Origin: a bacterium
GTDB taxonomy: Bacteria; Electryoneota; Electryoneia; Electryoneales; Electryoneaceae
Assembly (NCBI GenBank): GCA_963675295.2
Contig: CAXXKJ010000002.1
Coordinates: 1,376,001 to 1,440,000 of the forward strand
Direction of reading: 5' to 3'
DNA: 64,000 nt
Of the stretch, positions 28,178 to 44,557 are shown piece by piece. The position numbers were made by a program, and so were the translations under genes. The notes beneath the pieces are model-generated. The model was given only the letters and a program-made list of their open reading frames with translations. It was not told the DNA's origin and ran no database searches. Every line of letters begins with the position of its first letter. Within the stretch, counting starts at the first letter, position 1.

Positions 28178-28735
28178 ATGGGTGAGATCACGGCGAAGGC
28201 CAGCCCGTTAAAGAAGAAAGCTCTCCAGACCCTGGAAGAGCGGCTGGCAGACAAGAGCGCGGTCATCTTCACGGACTACCGTGGGTTGAGCGTAGCACAA
28301 ACGAACCAGCTGCGTAGCAATTTCCACAAGGCTGAAGGCGGGGAGTTCCTCGTCGTGAAGAACAGCATTCTCAAGATGGCGCTTGAGAAGCAGGGACTCA
28401 CGATCACGGACGAATCCCTGTTGAAGGGGCCGACGGCGATTGGCATATCGGACGAGCCGGTATCACCGGCGAAGACGCTTGCTGATTTCGCGAAGGGTCA
28501 TGACAAGCTGGTCTTCAAGGGTGTGTTGGTTGATGGTGAGTTTTACGGTGCGGACCGTGTAAAGGATTTCGCGTCGCTGCCGTCAACGGAAGAGATGTAC
28601 GCGAGCATCGTGGGCAGCATTGCGAGCCCGTTGAGCGGCTTTGTTTCGCTGCTGAACGAGATCGTACGGCAGTTCCTGGCGGTGCTGGAAGCGGTGATTC
28701 AAGAGAAGCAGAAGGAAGAGGGCGCGGCTGCATAA
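28178..28735 (+). CDS. rplJ: 50S ribosomal protein L10
   Basis: DYRGLSV, VVKNS, LKGPT, LPS; position in operon. Confidence 0.96.
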   Translation: MGEITAKASPLKKKALQTLEERLADKSAVIFTDYRGLSVAQTNQLRSNFHKAEGGEFLVVKNSILKMALEKQGLTITDESLLKGPTAIGISDEPVSPAKTLADFAKGHDKLVFKGVLVDGEFYGADRVKDFASLPSTEEMYASIVGSIASPLSGFVSLLNEIVRQFLAVLEAVIQEKQKEEGAAA

Positions 28736-28832
28736 GCCGAACCGCGGCGGGTTACCGTTTGGCGGTACCGGCTACTTTTCCACATGATATAGCAACAAAA
28801 GAACGCATTCATAGCAGGTTTGGAGGTTCGAG

Positions 28833-29213
28833 GTGGAACAGATTATCGATGCCATCAAGAACATGAAGGTGCTTGAGCTCGTCGAGCTGAAGAAGGCACT
28901 GGAAGAAGAGTTCGGCGTTTCCGCGGCTGCAGCTCCGGTCATGATGGCTGGTGCGGCCCCGGCAGCGGGTGGTGGCGAAGCGGCTGCGGCCGAGGAAGAG
29001 AAGACGGAATTTGACGTCGTCCTGAAGGATGCCGGCGCGAAGAAGATTCAGGTCATCAAGGTCGTGCGTCAGCTGACCGGCTTGGGTCTTAAGGAAGCGA
29101 AGGACCTGGTCGACGGCGCTCCGAATACCCTCAAGGAAGCCGTGCCGAAAGAAGAAGCGGAAGACATCATCAAGCAGATTGAAGAGGTTGGCGGCGCCGC
29201 GGAGATGAAGTAA
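28833..29213 (+). CDS. rplL: 50S ribosomal protein L7/L12
   Basis: EEFGVSAAA hinge, [18 protein letters not shown]. Confidence 0.98.
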   Translation: MEQIIDAIKNMKVLELVELKKALEEEFGVSAAAAPVMMAGAAPAAGGGEAAAAEEEKTEFDVVLKDAGAKKIQVIKVVRQLTGLGLKEAKDLVDGAPNTLKEAVPKEEAEDIIKQIEEVGGAAEMK

Positions 29214-29249
29214 TTGTTCGCGGTACCGGCAGTGCCGGTGAGTGTCTGT

Positions 29250-29288
29250 AACGGCGGAACGCGCCTTCGCAGGAGCGCTCCGCCGTTT
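29250..29288 (+). terminator. Hairpin (attenuator/terminator) in the rplL-rpoB spacer
   Basis: AACGGCGGA...TCCGCCGTTT stem. Confidence 0.5.
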
Positions 29289-29476
29289 CGTGCCGTTTCG
29301 GCATGCGGTACCCCGGTTCTCAGCGATGCTCGGGTTACGGCGATTGTAGTTGGATTTTTCTGCTTTTGCCGTTTTGTCTTTGCAGTTTAGAAGACTCGCT
29401 GAAACTCCGGGGCTCCGGTGTTTCTGGTACAGCAGTTGGTACCAACTAGACAGTACTCTTACCAGGAGGGTCGAAC

Positions 29477-32400
29477 GTGGCGAAGAAAGAACCGATCACT
29501 CGTCACAGTTTCGCGCGGATTGAGGTCCCCCTGGACATTCCGGACCTTCTCGAGGTCCAGCTCAAGTCCTTCCGCGATTTTTTGCAGCTAGGCGTTCCGC
29601 CCCACCAGCGTGAGAACAAAGGCTTGGAGCAGGTGTTTACCTCGGTGTTCCCGATTGTGGACAACCGGGAAGAGCATTTGCTGGAGTTCGTGGAGTATTA
29701 CATCGAACCGCCCAAGTATTCGGTGGAGGAATGCAAGGAACGGGGTGTCAGCTTCACCGCTCCGCTCAAGGCCGTGTTGCGTTTGTCGACACGGACCGAG
29801 GGCGAGGATTCGGAAGAATTCGATCAGACGATCGAATCGGACGTGTACCTCGGCAATCTCCCGATGATAACGGAGACAGGTACGTTTATCATCAATGGTG
29901 CCGAGCGTGTCATCGTCAGTCAGCTGCACCGTAGTCCGGGTGTGTTCTTCAGTGATTCCATTCACCCGAATGGAACGCGGATTTTCTCTGCCCGCATCAT
30001 TCCGTTCCGCGGCAGTTGGATTGAATTCACGACGGATATCAACAACGCGGTATTCGTCTACATTGATCGCCGGAAGAAATTCCCGGTGACCACGTTCATG
30101 CGTGCGATCGGGTTCAGTTCGGACGATCAGATTCTCGAGCAGTTCGGTTTCAGCGAAGATGTTCCGTTGAGCCGCAAGAACATCGAAAGCTACTTCGGCC
30201 GTCGCCTGACCACCGATGTCGTCGACGAAGAGACTGGCGAGATCCTCGGTGAGAAGGGTGCCGAGTTCGATGATGAGCTGATGAAGAAGATCAAGCGGGC
30301 GAAAGTCCGCCGGATCCCGCTGCTCAAGAAGATCCGTGGCAAGGACAACGAGCACAGCTTTGAGGTGTTGCAGAACACCTTTGCCAAGGACCGCACGCAG
30401 TCTCGCGACGAAGCGCTTGAGTTCATCTATCGCGAGATGCGCAATGGTGATCCGCCCGACGTCGAGACAGCTCACAAGCTGTTGCAGCGCATGTTCTTCG
30501 ATGACAAGCGCTATGACCTCGGCGCGGTTGGGCGCTACCGGATCAACGTGAAGCTCGATTTGGAAAGCGTGCCGGAAGACGTGACGATCCTGACCGATCA
30601 GGACATCGTCGCGATCGTCAAGTACGTGCTCGATCTGAAGAACGGCAAGCGCCAGACCGACGACATCGACCACCTCGGCAACCGCCGGGTGCGTACCGTC
30701 GGCGAGCAGCTCGCGAACCAGTTCAGCGTCGCGTTCAGCCGCATGGCGCGCACGATCAAGGAGCGGATGAATGTCCGCGACACCGAGAAACTGCAGCCGC
30801 AGGATCTCGTGAACGTGCGTACTGTGTCAAGCGTGATCAACACGTTCTTCGGGACGAACCAGCTGAGCCAGTTCATGGACCAGGTCAACCCGTTGACGGA
30901 GTTGACGCACAAGCGCCGTCTGTCGGCGCTTGGTCCGGGTGGTCTGACGCGTGAGCGTGCCGGCTTCGAAGTGCGCGACGTGCATTATACGCACTACGGC
31001 CGGTTGTGCCCGATTGAGACACCGGAAGGTCCGAACATCGGTCTGATCTCGTCGCTCACCACCTATGCGCGGTTCAACGACCTCGGTTTTGTTGAGACGC
31101 CGTACCGTGTGGTGAAGAATGGCAAGGTCACCAAGCAGATCCGGTATCTTTCTGCTGATGACGAAGACAAGTACGTGATCGCGCAGGCGAACGCGCCGTT
31201 GCTGGATGATGGCACGTTCAAGAACGATCGCGTCAAGTGTCGTTATCGTGCGGATTATCCGGTGATGGAGCCGGACAAGATTGACTTCATGGACGTCGCG
31301 CCGACGCAGATGGTATCGTTGGCGGCGGCGATGATTCCGTTCCTCGAGCACGACGACGCGAACCGCGCGTTGATGGGCTCGAACATGCAGCGCCAAGCGG
31401 TGCCGTTGCTGGTACCGGAAGCGCCGTTTGTCGGGACGGGCATGGAGCCGCGTGCGGCGCGTGACTCGCGCGCGATCGTTTCGGCGGAGGAAGACGGTGA
31501 GATCGTCTATGTTGACGCCGAGAAGATCGTGATGAAGGCGCGGCGCAAGGGTGTGTCGAAGGATCGGCAGACCGACTTGCCGCCGATGTACCGCACGTTC
31601 AAGCTGCACAAGTTCGAACGTTCGAACCAGGACACCTGCATCAACCAGCGTCCGCTGGTCGAGAAGGGCCAGTTCGTGCGTTCCGGGCGTCCGCTGGCGG
31701 ACGGTCCGTCCACTGAGCGTGGCGACCTGGCGCTGGGCCGCAACGTGCTGGTCGCGTTCATGCCGTGGCACGGGTTCAACTTCGAAGACGCGGTGATCAT
31801 TTCCGAACGCATTGTGCGTGATGACGTATTCACCTCAATCCGGATTGAAGAGCTCGAGCTACAGGTTCGTGAGACGAAGCGCGGCAAGGAAGAGCTGACT
31901 CGCGAAATCCCGAACGTGTCGGAAGAGGCGACGAAGGATCTCGACGAGAACGGCATTATCCGCACCGGCGCGCTGGTCAAGCCGAACGACATTCTGGTGG
32001 GTAAGGTGACACCGAAGGGTGAAACCGACCTGACACCGGAAGACAAGCTGTTGAAGGCGATTTTCGGTGACAAGGCTGGCGACGTGAAGGACGCGTCGTT
32101 GAAGGCTCATCCGGGTATGTACGGCATCGTGATTGACACGAAGCTGTTCAGCCGGAAGATCAAGGACACCGAGACCCGCCGGCGCGACAAGGAACGTGTC
32201 GCGTTGATCGAGGAGAAGATGGAGCAGGAAATCCGCAATTTGCGGCGCGATGTCCTGCACAACCTCGAAGGGCTGCTCGTCGGCCGCACCTCGAAGGGCG
32301 CGGTGAACATGGCGACGGGCGAGGAAATGGTCGAAGCTGGTCTGGTATATACCAACGAGCTGATCGAAGGCCTGGACCTCGGCTTGATCGCGGAAGAGAT

Positions 32401-33265
32401 CGAATGGGTGGACGAGGAGGAAACGAACCTGCTCGTCAATTACGCCCTGCAGGAATACCGTACCGCGATTGACACGGTGCAGACAAAGGCGCGCAACGAC
32501 ATCCACAAGGTTCAGGTGGGTGACGAGTTGCCGTCCGGCATTCTGCAGTTGGCCAAGGTGTACATCGCTCAGCGCCGCAAGCTGAGTGTTGGTGACAAGA
32601 TGGCTGGCCGTCACGGGAACAAGGGTGTTGTCGGGAAGATCGTTCCGATTGAGGACATGCCGTTCCTCGCGGACGGGACTCCGGTAGACATCATCCTCAA
32701 CCCGCTCGGCGTGCCGAGTCGTATGAACATCGGGCAGATCTTCGAGACGGTGCTTGGCTGGGCCGGCAAGAAGCTCGGCAAGCATTATGCGACTCCGGTG
32801 TTCGACGGTGCGAAGATGGACGACGTTGTCAAGGAGCTGGAAGCAGCTGATTTGCCGGCGAACGGCCAGATTCAGTTGTTTGATGGCCGCACCGGTGAAC
32901 AGTTCCATCAGAAGACGACGGTTGGCTACATCTACATGCTCAAGCTGTCTCACCTGGTGGACGACAAGATTCACGCACGTTCCATCGGGCCGTACAGCTT
33001 GATTACGCAGCAGCCGCTTGGCGGCAAGGCGCAGTTCGGTGGTCAGCGATTTGGCGAAATGGAAGTGTGGGCGCTGGAGGCGTATGGTGCCAGCTTCCTG
33101 TTGCAGGAAATGCTGACGGTGAAATCGGACGACGTCATGGGCCGCTCGAGGACGTACGAAGCGATTGTGAAGGGTGAGAACCTTCCACCTCCGGGTGTGC
33201 CGGAATCGTTCAACGTCCTTATCAACGAGCTCAAGGGCCTGGCGCTGGACGTCAAGCTCGATTAA
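29477..33265 (+). CDS. rpoB: RNA polymerase beta subunit
   Basis: INGAERVIVSQLHRSPG, SQFMDQ, GDKMAGRHGNKG, GGQRFGEME. Confidence 0.99.
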   Translation: MAKKEPITRHSFARIEVPLDIPDLLEVQLKSFRDFLQLGVPPHQRENKGLEQVFTSVFPIVDNREEHLLEFVEYYIEPPKYSVEECKERGVSFTAPLKAVLRLSTRTEGEDSEEFDQTIESDVYLGNLPMITETGTFIINGAERVIVSQLHRSPGVFFSDSIHPNGTRIFSARIIPFRGSWIEFTTDINNAVFVYIDRRKKFPVTTFMRAIGFSSDDQILEQFGFSEDVPLSRKNIESYFGRRLTTDVVDEETGEILGEKGAEFDDELMKKIKRAKVRRIPLLKKIRGKDNEHSFEVLQNTFAKDRTQSRDEALEFIYREMRNGDPPDVETAHKLLQRMFFDDKRYDLGAVGRYRINVKLDLESVPEDVTILTDQDIVAIVKYVLDLKNGKRQTDDIDHLGNRRVRTVGEQLANQFSVAFSRMARTIKERMNVRDTEKLQPQDLVNVRTVSSVINTFFGTNQLSQFMDQVNPLTELTHKRRLSALGPGGLTRERAGFEVRDVHYTHYGRLCPIETPEGPNIGLISSLTTYARFNDLGFVETPYRVVKNGKVTKQIRYLSADDEDKYVIAQANAPLLDDGTFKNDRVKCRYRADYPVMEPDKIDFMDVAPTQMVSLAAAMIPFLEHDDANRALMGSNMQRQAVPLLVPEAPFVGTGMEPRAARDSRAIVSAEEDGEIVYVDAEKIVMKARRKGVSKDRQTDLPPMYRTFKLHKFERSNQDTCINQRPLVEKGQFVRSGRPLADGPSTERGDLALGRNVLVAFMPWHGFNFEDAVIISERIVRDDVFTSIRIEELELQVRETKRGKEELTREIPNVSEEATKDLDENGIIRTGALVKPNDILVGKVTPKGETDLTPEDKLLKAIFGDKAGDVKDASLKAHPGMYGIVIDTKLFSRKIKDTETRRRDKERVALIEEKMEQEIRNLRRDVLHNLEGLLVGRTSKGAVNMATGEEMVEAGLVYTNELIEGLDLGLIAEEIEWVDEEETNLLVNYALQEYRTAIDTVQTKARNDIHKVQVGDELPSGILQLAKVYIAQRRKLSVGDKMAGRHGNKGVVGKIVPIEDMPFLADGTPVDIILNPLGVPSRMNIGQIFETVLGWAGKKLGKHYATPVFDGAKMDDVVKELEAADLPANGQIQLFDGRTGEQFHQKTTVGYIYMLKLSHLVDDKIHARSIGPYSLITQQPLGGKAQFGGQRFGEMEVWALEAYGASFLLQEMLTVKSDDVMGRSRTYEAIVKGENLPPPGVPESFNVLINELKGLALDVKLD

Positions 33266-33276
33266 GGGAACTTTGC

Positions 33277-33306
33277 TCTTACCACGGACTTAAGTCCGTG
33301 GTAAGA
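33277..33306. repeat. Perfect 30-bp palindrome after rpoB
   Basis: TCTTACCACGGACTT|AAGTCCGTGGTAAGA. Confidence 0.9.
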
Positions 33307-33392
33307 CAGCCGTTTCTGTGCATGGCAGAACGGTTGCAGGCAGCAGATAGACGGTTCCTGTCAGTACCCTCCCCTTATCCAAGGAGGCAAAG

Positions 33393-37829
<4,437 letters not shown>

Positions 37830-37841
37830 GATCTCGGGATC

Positions 37842-37870
37842 TTGACTCGAGGGGTTGATTCCTCTATACT
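37842..37870 (+). promoter_or_regulatory. Sigma70 promoter of the str operon
   Basis: TTGACT-N17-TATACT. Confidence 0.75.
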
Positions 37871-38173
37871 CAGCGGACGTTTGCGAAATCGTTGCCAGCC
37901 ACGTTCCGGCGTGCGGAGGCGTTGGGTTGATCCCCAACCAGCGGCCTTGAGTTCACGCGAAGTCGGAGCCGGCAACAGACGATATTGGGGACACCGTAGC
38001 GGGCGGCGCTGTGGTGCGTCGCTCGCCCCTTTTTTCCTTTCGGGAAAGGGCGTAGAGCCCGTCTATACTGGAAAACTGGGGTTTTGAGCCCGACGACCTG
38101 CGCTGCGCGTCTTTTTGTTGTTTGGAATTCAGGTGGCGGATATCCGCCGGCAGGAGAAGCAACCGGAGTTGCG

Positions 38174-38545
38174 ATGCCCACGGTAAATCAATTGGTCCGC
38201 AAGGGTCGCAAGCGGATCGTGAAGAAGGGAACGGCGCCCGCGTTGAATAATTGCCCTCAACGTCGTGGCGTGTGTACGCGTGTGTACACGACGACCCCGA
38301 AGAAGCCGAACTCGGCTCTTCGTAAGGTCGCGCGTGTGCGTTTGACCAATCAGATCGAGGTTACGGCGTACATCCCGGGTGAGGGTCACAACCTGCAGGA
38401 GCACTCGATTGTGCTCGTGCGCGGCGGTCGTGTGAAGGACTTGCCGGGTGTTCGTTACCACATCATTCGTGGTACGCTTGACACGTCCGGTGTCGAGGAC
38501 CGCAACCAGGGTCGAAGCAAGTACGGTGCAAAGAAGAAGAAGTAG
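38174..38545 (+). CDS. rpsL: 30S ribosomal protein S12
   Basis: [29 protein letters not shown]; ATG 38174. Confidence 0.99.
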   Translation: MPTVNQLVRKGRKRIVKKGTAPALNNCPQRRGVCTRVYTTTPKKPNSALRKVARVRLTNQIEVTAYIPGEGHNLQEHSIVLVRGGRVKDLPGVRYHIIRGTLDTSGVEDRNQGRSKYGAKKKK

Positions 38546-38598
38546 CCGTCTGGTCGTCCCGGGGTTTCGGGGCGCGCGGCATTACCAGGGAATGGCGT

Positions 38599-39069
38599 AT
38601 GGCCAGGCGTAGACGCGCTGAACGACGTGAGATTCTTCCGGATCCGAAGTTCCAGTCGCTGAAGGTTGCGAAGTTCATCAACAACCTGATGGCTCGCGGC
38701 AAGAAGTCGACGGCGGAAGGCATTTTCTACGACGCGATTGACATCATTGACCAGCGCACGAAGGGTCGTGGGTTGGAGATCTTCGAGAAGGCGGTTCGCA
38801 ATGTGCAGCCGATGCTCGAGGTGAAGAGTCGTCGTGTTGGTGGTAGTACGTATCAGGTGCCGGTTGAGGTTCGTCAGGACCGTGGCCAGGCACTTGCAAC
38901 CCGCTGGATCATTTCGTATGCCAAGGCCCGTGCGGGCAAGAACATGGCAGACAAGCTGGCCGGTGAATTCATGGCGGCGGCGAACGGCGAAGGATCGTCG
39001 ATCAAGAAGCGGGAAGACACACACAAGATGGCGGAAGCGAACAAGGCGTTCGCACACTTCCGCTGGTAG
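38599..39069 (+). CDS. rpsG: 30S ribosomal protein S7
   Basis: [24 protein letters not shown]. Confidence 0.99.
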   Translation: MARRRRAERREILPDPKFQSLKVAKFINNLMARGKKSTAEGIFYDAIDIIDQRTKGRGLEIFEKAVRNVQPMLEVKSRRVGGSTYQVPVEVRQDRGQALATRWIISYAKARAGKNMADKLAGEFMAAANGEGSSIKKREDTHKMAEANKAFAHFRW

Positions 39070-39181
39070 TCCGGTAGCCTTCAGGGGCATGCCGGCAAAG
39101 GGTTTCACGCCGGTATGTTCCGATTTGATTTGGCTTTGATGAGCTGGTCATGGGGAATGTCCGGCTCACACGAGAGAAGTA

Positions 39182-41305
39182 ATGGCGAATCAGAAGAAAA
39201 AAGGGAATGGCGAGGCTCGTCGCTGGCCGCTTGGCAAGGTGCGCAACTTTGGCATCATGGCGCACATTGACGCTGGCAAGACCACGACGACGGAACGCAT
39301 CCTCTACTACACCGGCCGTACGCATCGTATGGGCGAGGTGCATGAGGGCGCCGCGGTAACCGACTGGATGGAACAGGAACGGGAACGCGGCATCACCATC
39401 ACTTCGGCGTCGATCACGACCGAGTGGAAGGAGCATCGCCTGAGCCTCATCGACACTCCGGGACACGTCGACTTCACGGCTGAAGTCGAACGTGCGCTGC
39501 GTGTGCTCGATGGAGCGGTCGCCCTCTTCTGTGCCGTCGGTGGCGTTGAGCCGCAATCAGAAACGGTTTGGCGTCAGGCCGACAAGTACAAAGTTCCCCG
39601 ACTCTGCTATATCAACAAGATGGACCGGACGGGCGCGGATTTCTTCCGCACCTATGAGATGATTCAGGATCGTTTCGGCCATCATCCGATTCCCGTGCAG
39701 ATTCCCATGGGTGCCGGTGAGATGTTTAACGGTCTCATCGACCTGATCAAGATGAAGGCTGTCTGGTACATTGAGGAAACGCAGGGGCTGAAGTTCGAGG
39801 AAGGCGACATCCCCGCTGACTTGCTTGAAGAAGCGAAGAAGTGGCGTGAGAAGATGCTCGAGTCCATCAGTGATTATGATGATGAGCTGATGGAGATGTT
39901 CCTCGAGGACCAGGAGATTCCGGAAGAGCGGATCAAGTCGGCGTTGCGCAAGGCGACGATCGACCTGAGCGTAACTCCGGTTCTTTGTGGTTCGAGCTAC
40001 AAGAACAAGGGCGTGCAGCGTCTGCTCGACTCGATCGTCGACTACCTTCCGAGCCCGGAAGATCGCGCAATAGTGATGGGCATGCATCCGCACACCGAGA
40101 AGCCGATCGAACGGAAGCAGATTGATGACGAACAGTTCAGCGGCCTCGCGTTCAAGATCATGACCGACCCGTTCGTCGGGCGGTTGACCTATGTCCGTGT
40201 GTATTCGGGCACGATGGATTCCGGCCAGACCGTGTTTAATCCGCGCACCGGCAAGAAGGAGCGCATCGGCCGAATCCTTGAGATGTTTGCGAACAAGCGC
40301 GAAGAGCGCAAGTCGGTTCACGCCGGCGGCATTGTCGCGCTGGTTGGGATGAAGGATGTGCGTACTGGCGACACCCTTTGCGATCCCAGTCATCCGATTC
40401 TGCTGGAATCGTTGTCCTTCCCGACCCCGGTGATCACCCGGGCGATTGAACCCAAGACCAAGGCGGACCAGGATCATCTGCTCGACAGCTTGTTGAAGCT
40501 GGCGGAAGAGGATCCGACGTTCATCGTCAAGTATGACGAGGATTCCGGCCAGACGCATATCAGCGGCATGGGCGAGCTTCACCTCGACATCCTGATTGAT
40601 CGTCTGCTTCGTGAGTTCCAGGTTCAGGCGAATGTTGGTAACCCGCAGGTTGCCTACAAGGAAGGCGTTTCCGAGACCGCGCAGGCGGAAGGCCGTTTTG
40701 TCCGTCAGTCCGGTGGCCGTGGCCAGTTTGGCCATGCGGTGATCGAGCTGTCGCCGCTGGAAGATGGCGAGCAGGCGGAGAACGGGTTGATCTTCGAGGA
40801 CGGGATTGTTGGCGGTGTGATTCCGCGTGAATACATCCCGGCTGTGAAGAAAGGTGTTGAGCAGGCCATGGGGAACGGTGTACTCGCCGGCTATCCCCTT
40901 GACAAGATCAAGGTTCGGTTGTTTGACGGTTCTTTCCACTCGGTCGACTCCAACGAAATGGCGTTCCAGATTGCCGGTTCGATGGCGTTGAAAGAAGCTG
41001 TGAAGAAGGCGAAACCGTTCCTGGCAGAGCCGATTATGAAGTTGGAAGTTGTGACGCCGGAAGAGTATGTCGGCGATGTGATGGGCGATCTGAACGGCCG
41101 TCGTGCCCGGGTTACCGGGATCAACCCGCGCTCGGATGCGCAGGTGGTTGATGCTGAAGTGCCGCTGGCGAACATGTTCGGATACGCTACCAGCCTGCGT
41201 TCAATGACGCAGGGCCGTGCGCTGTTCACGATGGAATTTGATCACTACCAGCGCGCGCCGAAGGAAGTTGAAGAGGAAGTCATTAAGAAGGTTCGTGGCT
41301 ACTAG
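39182..41305 (+). CDS. fusA: Elongation factor G
   Basis: [32 protein letters not shown]. Confidence 0.99.
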   Translation: MANQKKKGNGEARRWPLGKVRNFGIMAHIDAGKTTTTERILYYTGRTHRMGEVHEGAAVTDWMEQERERGITITSASITTEWKEHRLSLIDTPGHVDFTAEVERALRVLDGAVALFCAVGGVEPQSETVWRQADKYKVPRLCYINKMDRTGADFFRTYEMIQDRFGHHPIPVQIPMGAGEMFNGLIDLIKMKAVWYIEETQGLKFEEGDIPADLLEEAKKWREKMLESISDYDDELMEMFLEDQEIPEERIKSALRKATIDLSVTPVLCGSSYKNKGVQRLLDSIVDYLPSPEDRAIVMGMHPHTEKPIERKQIDDEQFSGLAFKIMTDPFVGRLTYVRVYSGTMDSGQTVFNPRTGKKERIGRILEMFANKREERKSVHAGGIVALVGMKDVRTGDTLCDPSHPILLESLSFPTPVITRAIEPKTKADQDHLLDSLLKLAEEDPTFIVKYDEDSGQTHISGMGELHLDILIDRLLREFQVQANVGNPQVAYKEGVSETAQAEGRFVRQSGGRGQFGHAVIELSPLEDGEQAENGLIFEDGIVGGVIPREYIPAVKKGVEQAMGNGVLAGYPLDKIKVRLFDGSFHSVDSNEMAFQIAGSMALKEAVKKAKPFLAEPIMKLEVVTPEEYVGDVMGDLNGRRARVTGINPRSDAQVVDAEVPLANMFGYATSLRSMTQGRALFTMEFDHYQRAPKEVEEEVIKKVRGY

Positions 41306-41335
41306 TCCACCAACGCAACCTCTGGAGACAGATCG

Positions 41336-42526
41336 ATGGCGAAGGAAGTATTTGAGCGGACGAAGCCCCACGTAAACGTGGGAACGATTGGTCACGTGGA
41401 CCATGGCAAGACGACGTTGACGGCCGCGATGACGTTGGTGTTGTCGAAGGCGGGCGGTGCGGAATTCCGTTCGTTCGATTCGATTGACAACGCTCCTGAA
41501 GAGCGTGAGCGTGGTATCACGATTGCGACGGCTCACGTCGAATATGAGTCGGAGAACCGTCACTACGCGCACGTAGACTGTCCGGGTCACGCGGACTACG
41601 TGAAGAACATGATCACGGGTGCTGCGCAGATGGACGGTGCGATTGTGGTTGTGAGTGCAGCGGACGGTCCGATGCCGCAGACTCGTGAGCACATTCTGTT
41701 GGCCCGTCAGGTGAACGTGCCGGCGTTGGTGGTTTACATGAACAAGGTCGACCTGGTTGACGACGAAGAGTTGTTGGACCTGGTCGAGCTTGAGATGCGT
41801 GAACTGCTTTCCGAGTACGAATTCCCGGGCGACGACATTCCGATCATCCGTGGCAGTGCATTGGAAGCGTTGAACAATCCTGATGACGAGAAGGCGACGA
41901 CGTCGATCTTCGAGTTGATCAAGGCGATTGACGAGTACATCCCGGAGCCGGAGCGTGCGACGGATCAGCCGTTCCTGATGCCGGTTGAGGACGTGTTCTC
42001 GATTACGGGTCGTGGTACGGTAGCGACGGGCCGTATTGAGCGTGGCATTGTGAAGACCGGTGAAGAGGTTGAGTTGGTCGGTCTTGGTGCGGCTCGGAAG
42101 ACGGTCGTGACGGGTGTTGAGATGTTCCGCAAGATCCTGAACGAGGGTCAGGCGGGTGACAACGCGGGTCTGTTGCTTCGTGGTGTTGACAAGGATGAGA
42201 TCGAGCGCGGTATGGTGTTGGCGAAGCCGGGTTCGATTACTCCGCACACGAAGTTCGAGGCTGAGGTTTACATCCTGAGCAAGAACGAAGGTGGTCGTCA
42301 CACGCCGTTCTTCGATGGGTATCGTCCTCAGTTCTACTTCCGTACGACGGACGTGACTGGCGCGATCAAGTTGCCTGACGGTGTCGAGATGGTGATGCCT
42401 GGTGACAACATCAAGATGGTTGTCGAGCTGATCGCCCCGATCGCGATGGAAGAGACGCTTCGTTTCGCGATCCGTGAGGGTGGCCGTACCGTCGGCGCCG
42501 GTGTTGTCGCGAAGATTATCGAGTAG
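41336..42526 (+). CDS. tuf: Elongation factor Tu (str operon copy)
   Basis: Protein identical to the copy at 24420-25610. Confidence 0.99.
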   Translation: MAKEVFERTKPHVNVGTIGHVDHGKTTLTAAMTLVLSKAGGAEFRSFDSIDNAPEERERGITIATAHVEYESENRHYAHVDCPGHADYVKNMITGAAQMDGAIVVVSAADGPMPQTREHILLARQVNVPALVVYMNKVDLVDDEELLDLVELEMRELLSEYEFPGDDIPIIRGSALEALNNPDDEKATTSIFELIKAIDEYIPEPERATDQPFLMPVEDVFSITGRGTVATGRIERGIVKTGEEVELVGLGAARKTVVTGVEMFRKILNEGQAGDNAGLLLRGVDKDEIERGMVLAKPGSITPHTKFEAEVYILSKNEGGRHTPFFDGYRPQFYFRTTDVTGAIKLPDGVEMVMPGDNIKMVVELIAPIAMEETLRFAIREGGRTVGAGVVAKIIE

Positions 42527-42615
42527 TGACGCATCCCGGTAAGGTTGCAGGCCGGGTGGATGGATAGAACTGCAGTTAGTGGGATATCGGTTTTCCCATG
42601 TGAGTGGAGGCCAGC

Positions 42616-42924
42616 GTGGCCGGACAGAATATCCGGATTCGCCTGAAGGCGTACGATCACATCCTCTTGGACAAGTCGGCGCAGAAGATCATCCAGACGG
42701 TCCGTTCTACGGGAGCGGCGATATCTGGTCCGATTCCTCTGCCGACGAAGCGTTCGTTGTACACGGTGCTTCGTGGTCCGCACGTGGACAAGAAGTCGCG
42801 CGAGCAGTTTGAGACGCGTGTGCACAAGCGGTTGATTGACATTCTCAATTCGACGTCGAAGACGATTGATGCGTTGATGAAGCTTGAGCTTCCGGCGGGC
42901 GTCGACATTGAGATCAAGACCTGA
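42616..42924 (+). CDS. rpsJ: 30S ribosomal protein S10
   Basis: [24 protein letters not shown]; GTG 42616 after GGAGG. Confidence 0.98.
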   Translation: MAGQNIRIRLKAYDHILLDKSAQKIIQTVRSTGAAISGPIPLPTKRSLYTVLRGPHVDKKSREQFETRVHKRLIDILNSTSKTIDALMKLELPAGVDIEIKT

Positions 42925-42937
42925 GGAGGGCGTGACG

Positions 42938-43561
42938 ATGCCAAAAGGAATGCTGGGCCGGAAGATCGGCATGACCAGCGTATACCGTCAAGGTATCCAG
43001 ATTCCCGTCACCGCCGTGGAAGTGCTGCCGAACCCGGTAGTTCAGGCGAAGACGGCAGACGGACCTGACGGGTACAATGCGCTGCAGCTCGGGTACGGCA
43101 AGAAGAGCGTGCGCCGGGTGAATCAGCCGATGCAGGGCCATTACAAGCGTGCCGGTGTGGATCCGAAGCGTGTGTTGCGTGAATTTCGCGATATGACTGG
43201 TTACGAAGCTGGTCAGGAAGTGAAGGCGGAAGACGTGTTTGAGCAGGGTGATTTCGTGATGGTTCGTGGCAAGAGCCGCGGCCGTGGGTTCGCAGGCGTG
43301 ATTAAGCGTCACGGATTCGGCGGTCACAAGGCGAGTCACGGTACGCACGAGAGTTTCCGCGGCCCCGGTTCCATCGGTTCGTCGGCCACCCCGTCCCGCG
43401 TGTTCAAAGGGATGAAGATGGCTGGTCAGATGGGAAACAAGACGGTTGCCGTGAAGAACCTTGAAGTGATTGAGTTGATCGGCGATAAGCATGTGATGCT
43501 GATTTCGGGTGCAGTGCCCGGAAGCGCAAACAGCATCGTCGAAATTCTGAAAGCCGAGTGA
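42938..43561 (+). CDS. rplC: 50S ribosomal protein L3
   Basis: [25 protein letters not shown]; ATG 42938. Confidence 0.98.
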   Translation: MPKGMLGRKIGMTSVYRQGIQIPVTAVEVLPNPVVQAKTADGPDGYNALQLGYGKKSVRRVNQPMQGHYKRAGVDPKRVLREFRDMTGYEAGQEVKAEDVFEQGDFVMVRGKSRGRGFAGVIKRHGFGGHKASHGTHESFRGPGSIGSSATPSRVFKGMKMAGQMGNKTVAVKNLEVIELIGDKHVMLISGAVPGSANSIVEILKAE

Positions 43562-43565
43562 TGCC

Positions 43566-44222
43566 ATGAAGTTGCCGGTATACAGCCGAGACGGGCAGTC
43601 GACGGGCAAGGAAGTTGAGCTTGACCCGACGGTGTTCGAGATCGAACCGAATGAGCATGCGATGTACCTGGCGGTGAAGGTGCAGCGTGCCCGGATGCGT
43701 CAGGGGACGCATGGGTCGAAGAACCGCTCGATGGTGAGTGGTGGCGGCCGCAAGCCCTGGCGTCAGAAGGGTCGTGGTGTTGCCCGCGCCGGTACGACGC
43801 GCAGTCCGCTGTGGCGTCATGGTGGGACCATTTTCGGGCCTCATCCGCATCCATACCGGATGGATATCCCGAAGAAGGTGAACCGCCTCGCCCGCCGCAG
43901 TGCACTTGCGGATCGTGCTCAGAGCGATGCGATTGTGTTGGTTGAAGATTTCAGCTTTGATGCTCCGCGGACGAAGGACCTCGCGACCATCATCAGTGCG
44001 TTGAACCTGCAGGATGAGAAGGTTCTGCTGCTGACGAAGGGGTACGAAGGCGATTTGGCCCGTAGTGCTCGCAACATGGAAAATGTGGCGGTGCGTGTGG
44101 GGATCGAAGCCTCGACGTATGACCTGTTAAACTACCGGACGCTCCTGATACAGGTGGGAGCGCTGGATTCCATCTCTGAGGTGTTGGGTGGACGAGAGCG
44201 CACGACTGAGAAAGCTGCTTAA
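43566..44222 (+). CDS. rplD: 50S ribosomal protein L4
   Basis: RQGTH, KPWRQKGRGVARAG, GGTIFGP. Confidence 0.98.
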   Translation: MKLPVYSRDGQSTGKEVELDPTVFEIEPNEHAMYLAVKVQRARMRQGTHGSKNRSMVSGGGRKPWRQKGRGVARAGTTRSPLWRHGGTIFGPHPHPYRMDIPKKVNRLARRSALADRAQSDAIVLVEDFSFDAPRTKDLATIISALNLQDEKVLLLTKGYEGDLARSARNMENVAVRVGIEASTYDLLNYRTLLIQVGALDSISEVLGGRERTTEKAA

Positions 44223-44487
44223 GCGGCCACTACAGACAGAGAAGGCTGTGTTGATGACGGAAGTCGGCAACACGTATGTCTTCGAAGTCCCGAAGGATGC
44301 GAACAAGATTGAGATTCGCCGTGCGATCGAACAATTGTTCGATGTCACGGTGAAGGAAGTTCGCACGGTCCGGCTTCCGGGCAAGAAGAAACGCCTGGGC
44401 CGATACGAGGGCTATCGCCCCGGACTGAAGAAGGCCTATGTGACCCTTGCTGAGGGTCAGAGCCTCGAGCTGTTTGAGAACGTGTAA
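44188..44487 (+). CDS. rplW: 50S ribosomal protein L23
   Basis: PLQTEK, ANKIEI, KKAYVTL; overlaps rplD. Confidence 0.96.
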   Translation: MDESARLRKLLKRPLQTEKAVLMTEVGNTYVFEVPKDANKIEIRRAIEQLFDVTVKEVRTVRLPGKKKRLGRYEGYRPGLKKAYVTLAEGQSLELFENV

Positions 44488-44557
44488 CCGCCGCAGCGGT
44501 CGTCTTCCAAGTGAATGACGGTTGGCGATGGCCTTTGGACACCGCCGTGAGGGAACG

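Noticed and set aside
30846-30945. Possible intrinsic rifampicin resistance in RpoB cluster I (NPLTE)
   Set aside because: Key Q513, D516, H526, R529 and S531 equivalents are wild type; the 522 position varies naturally
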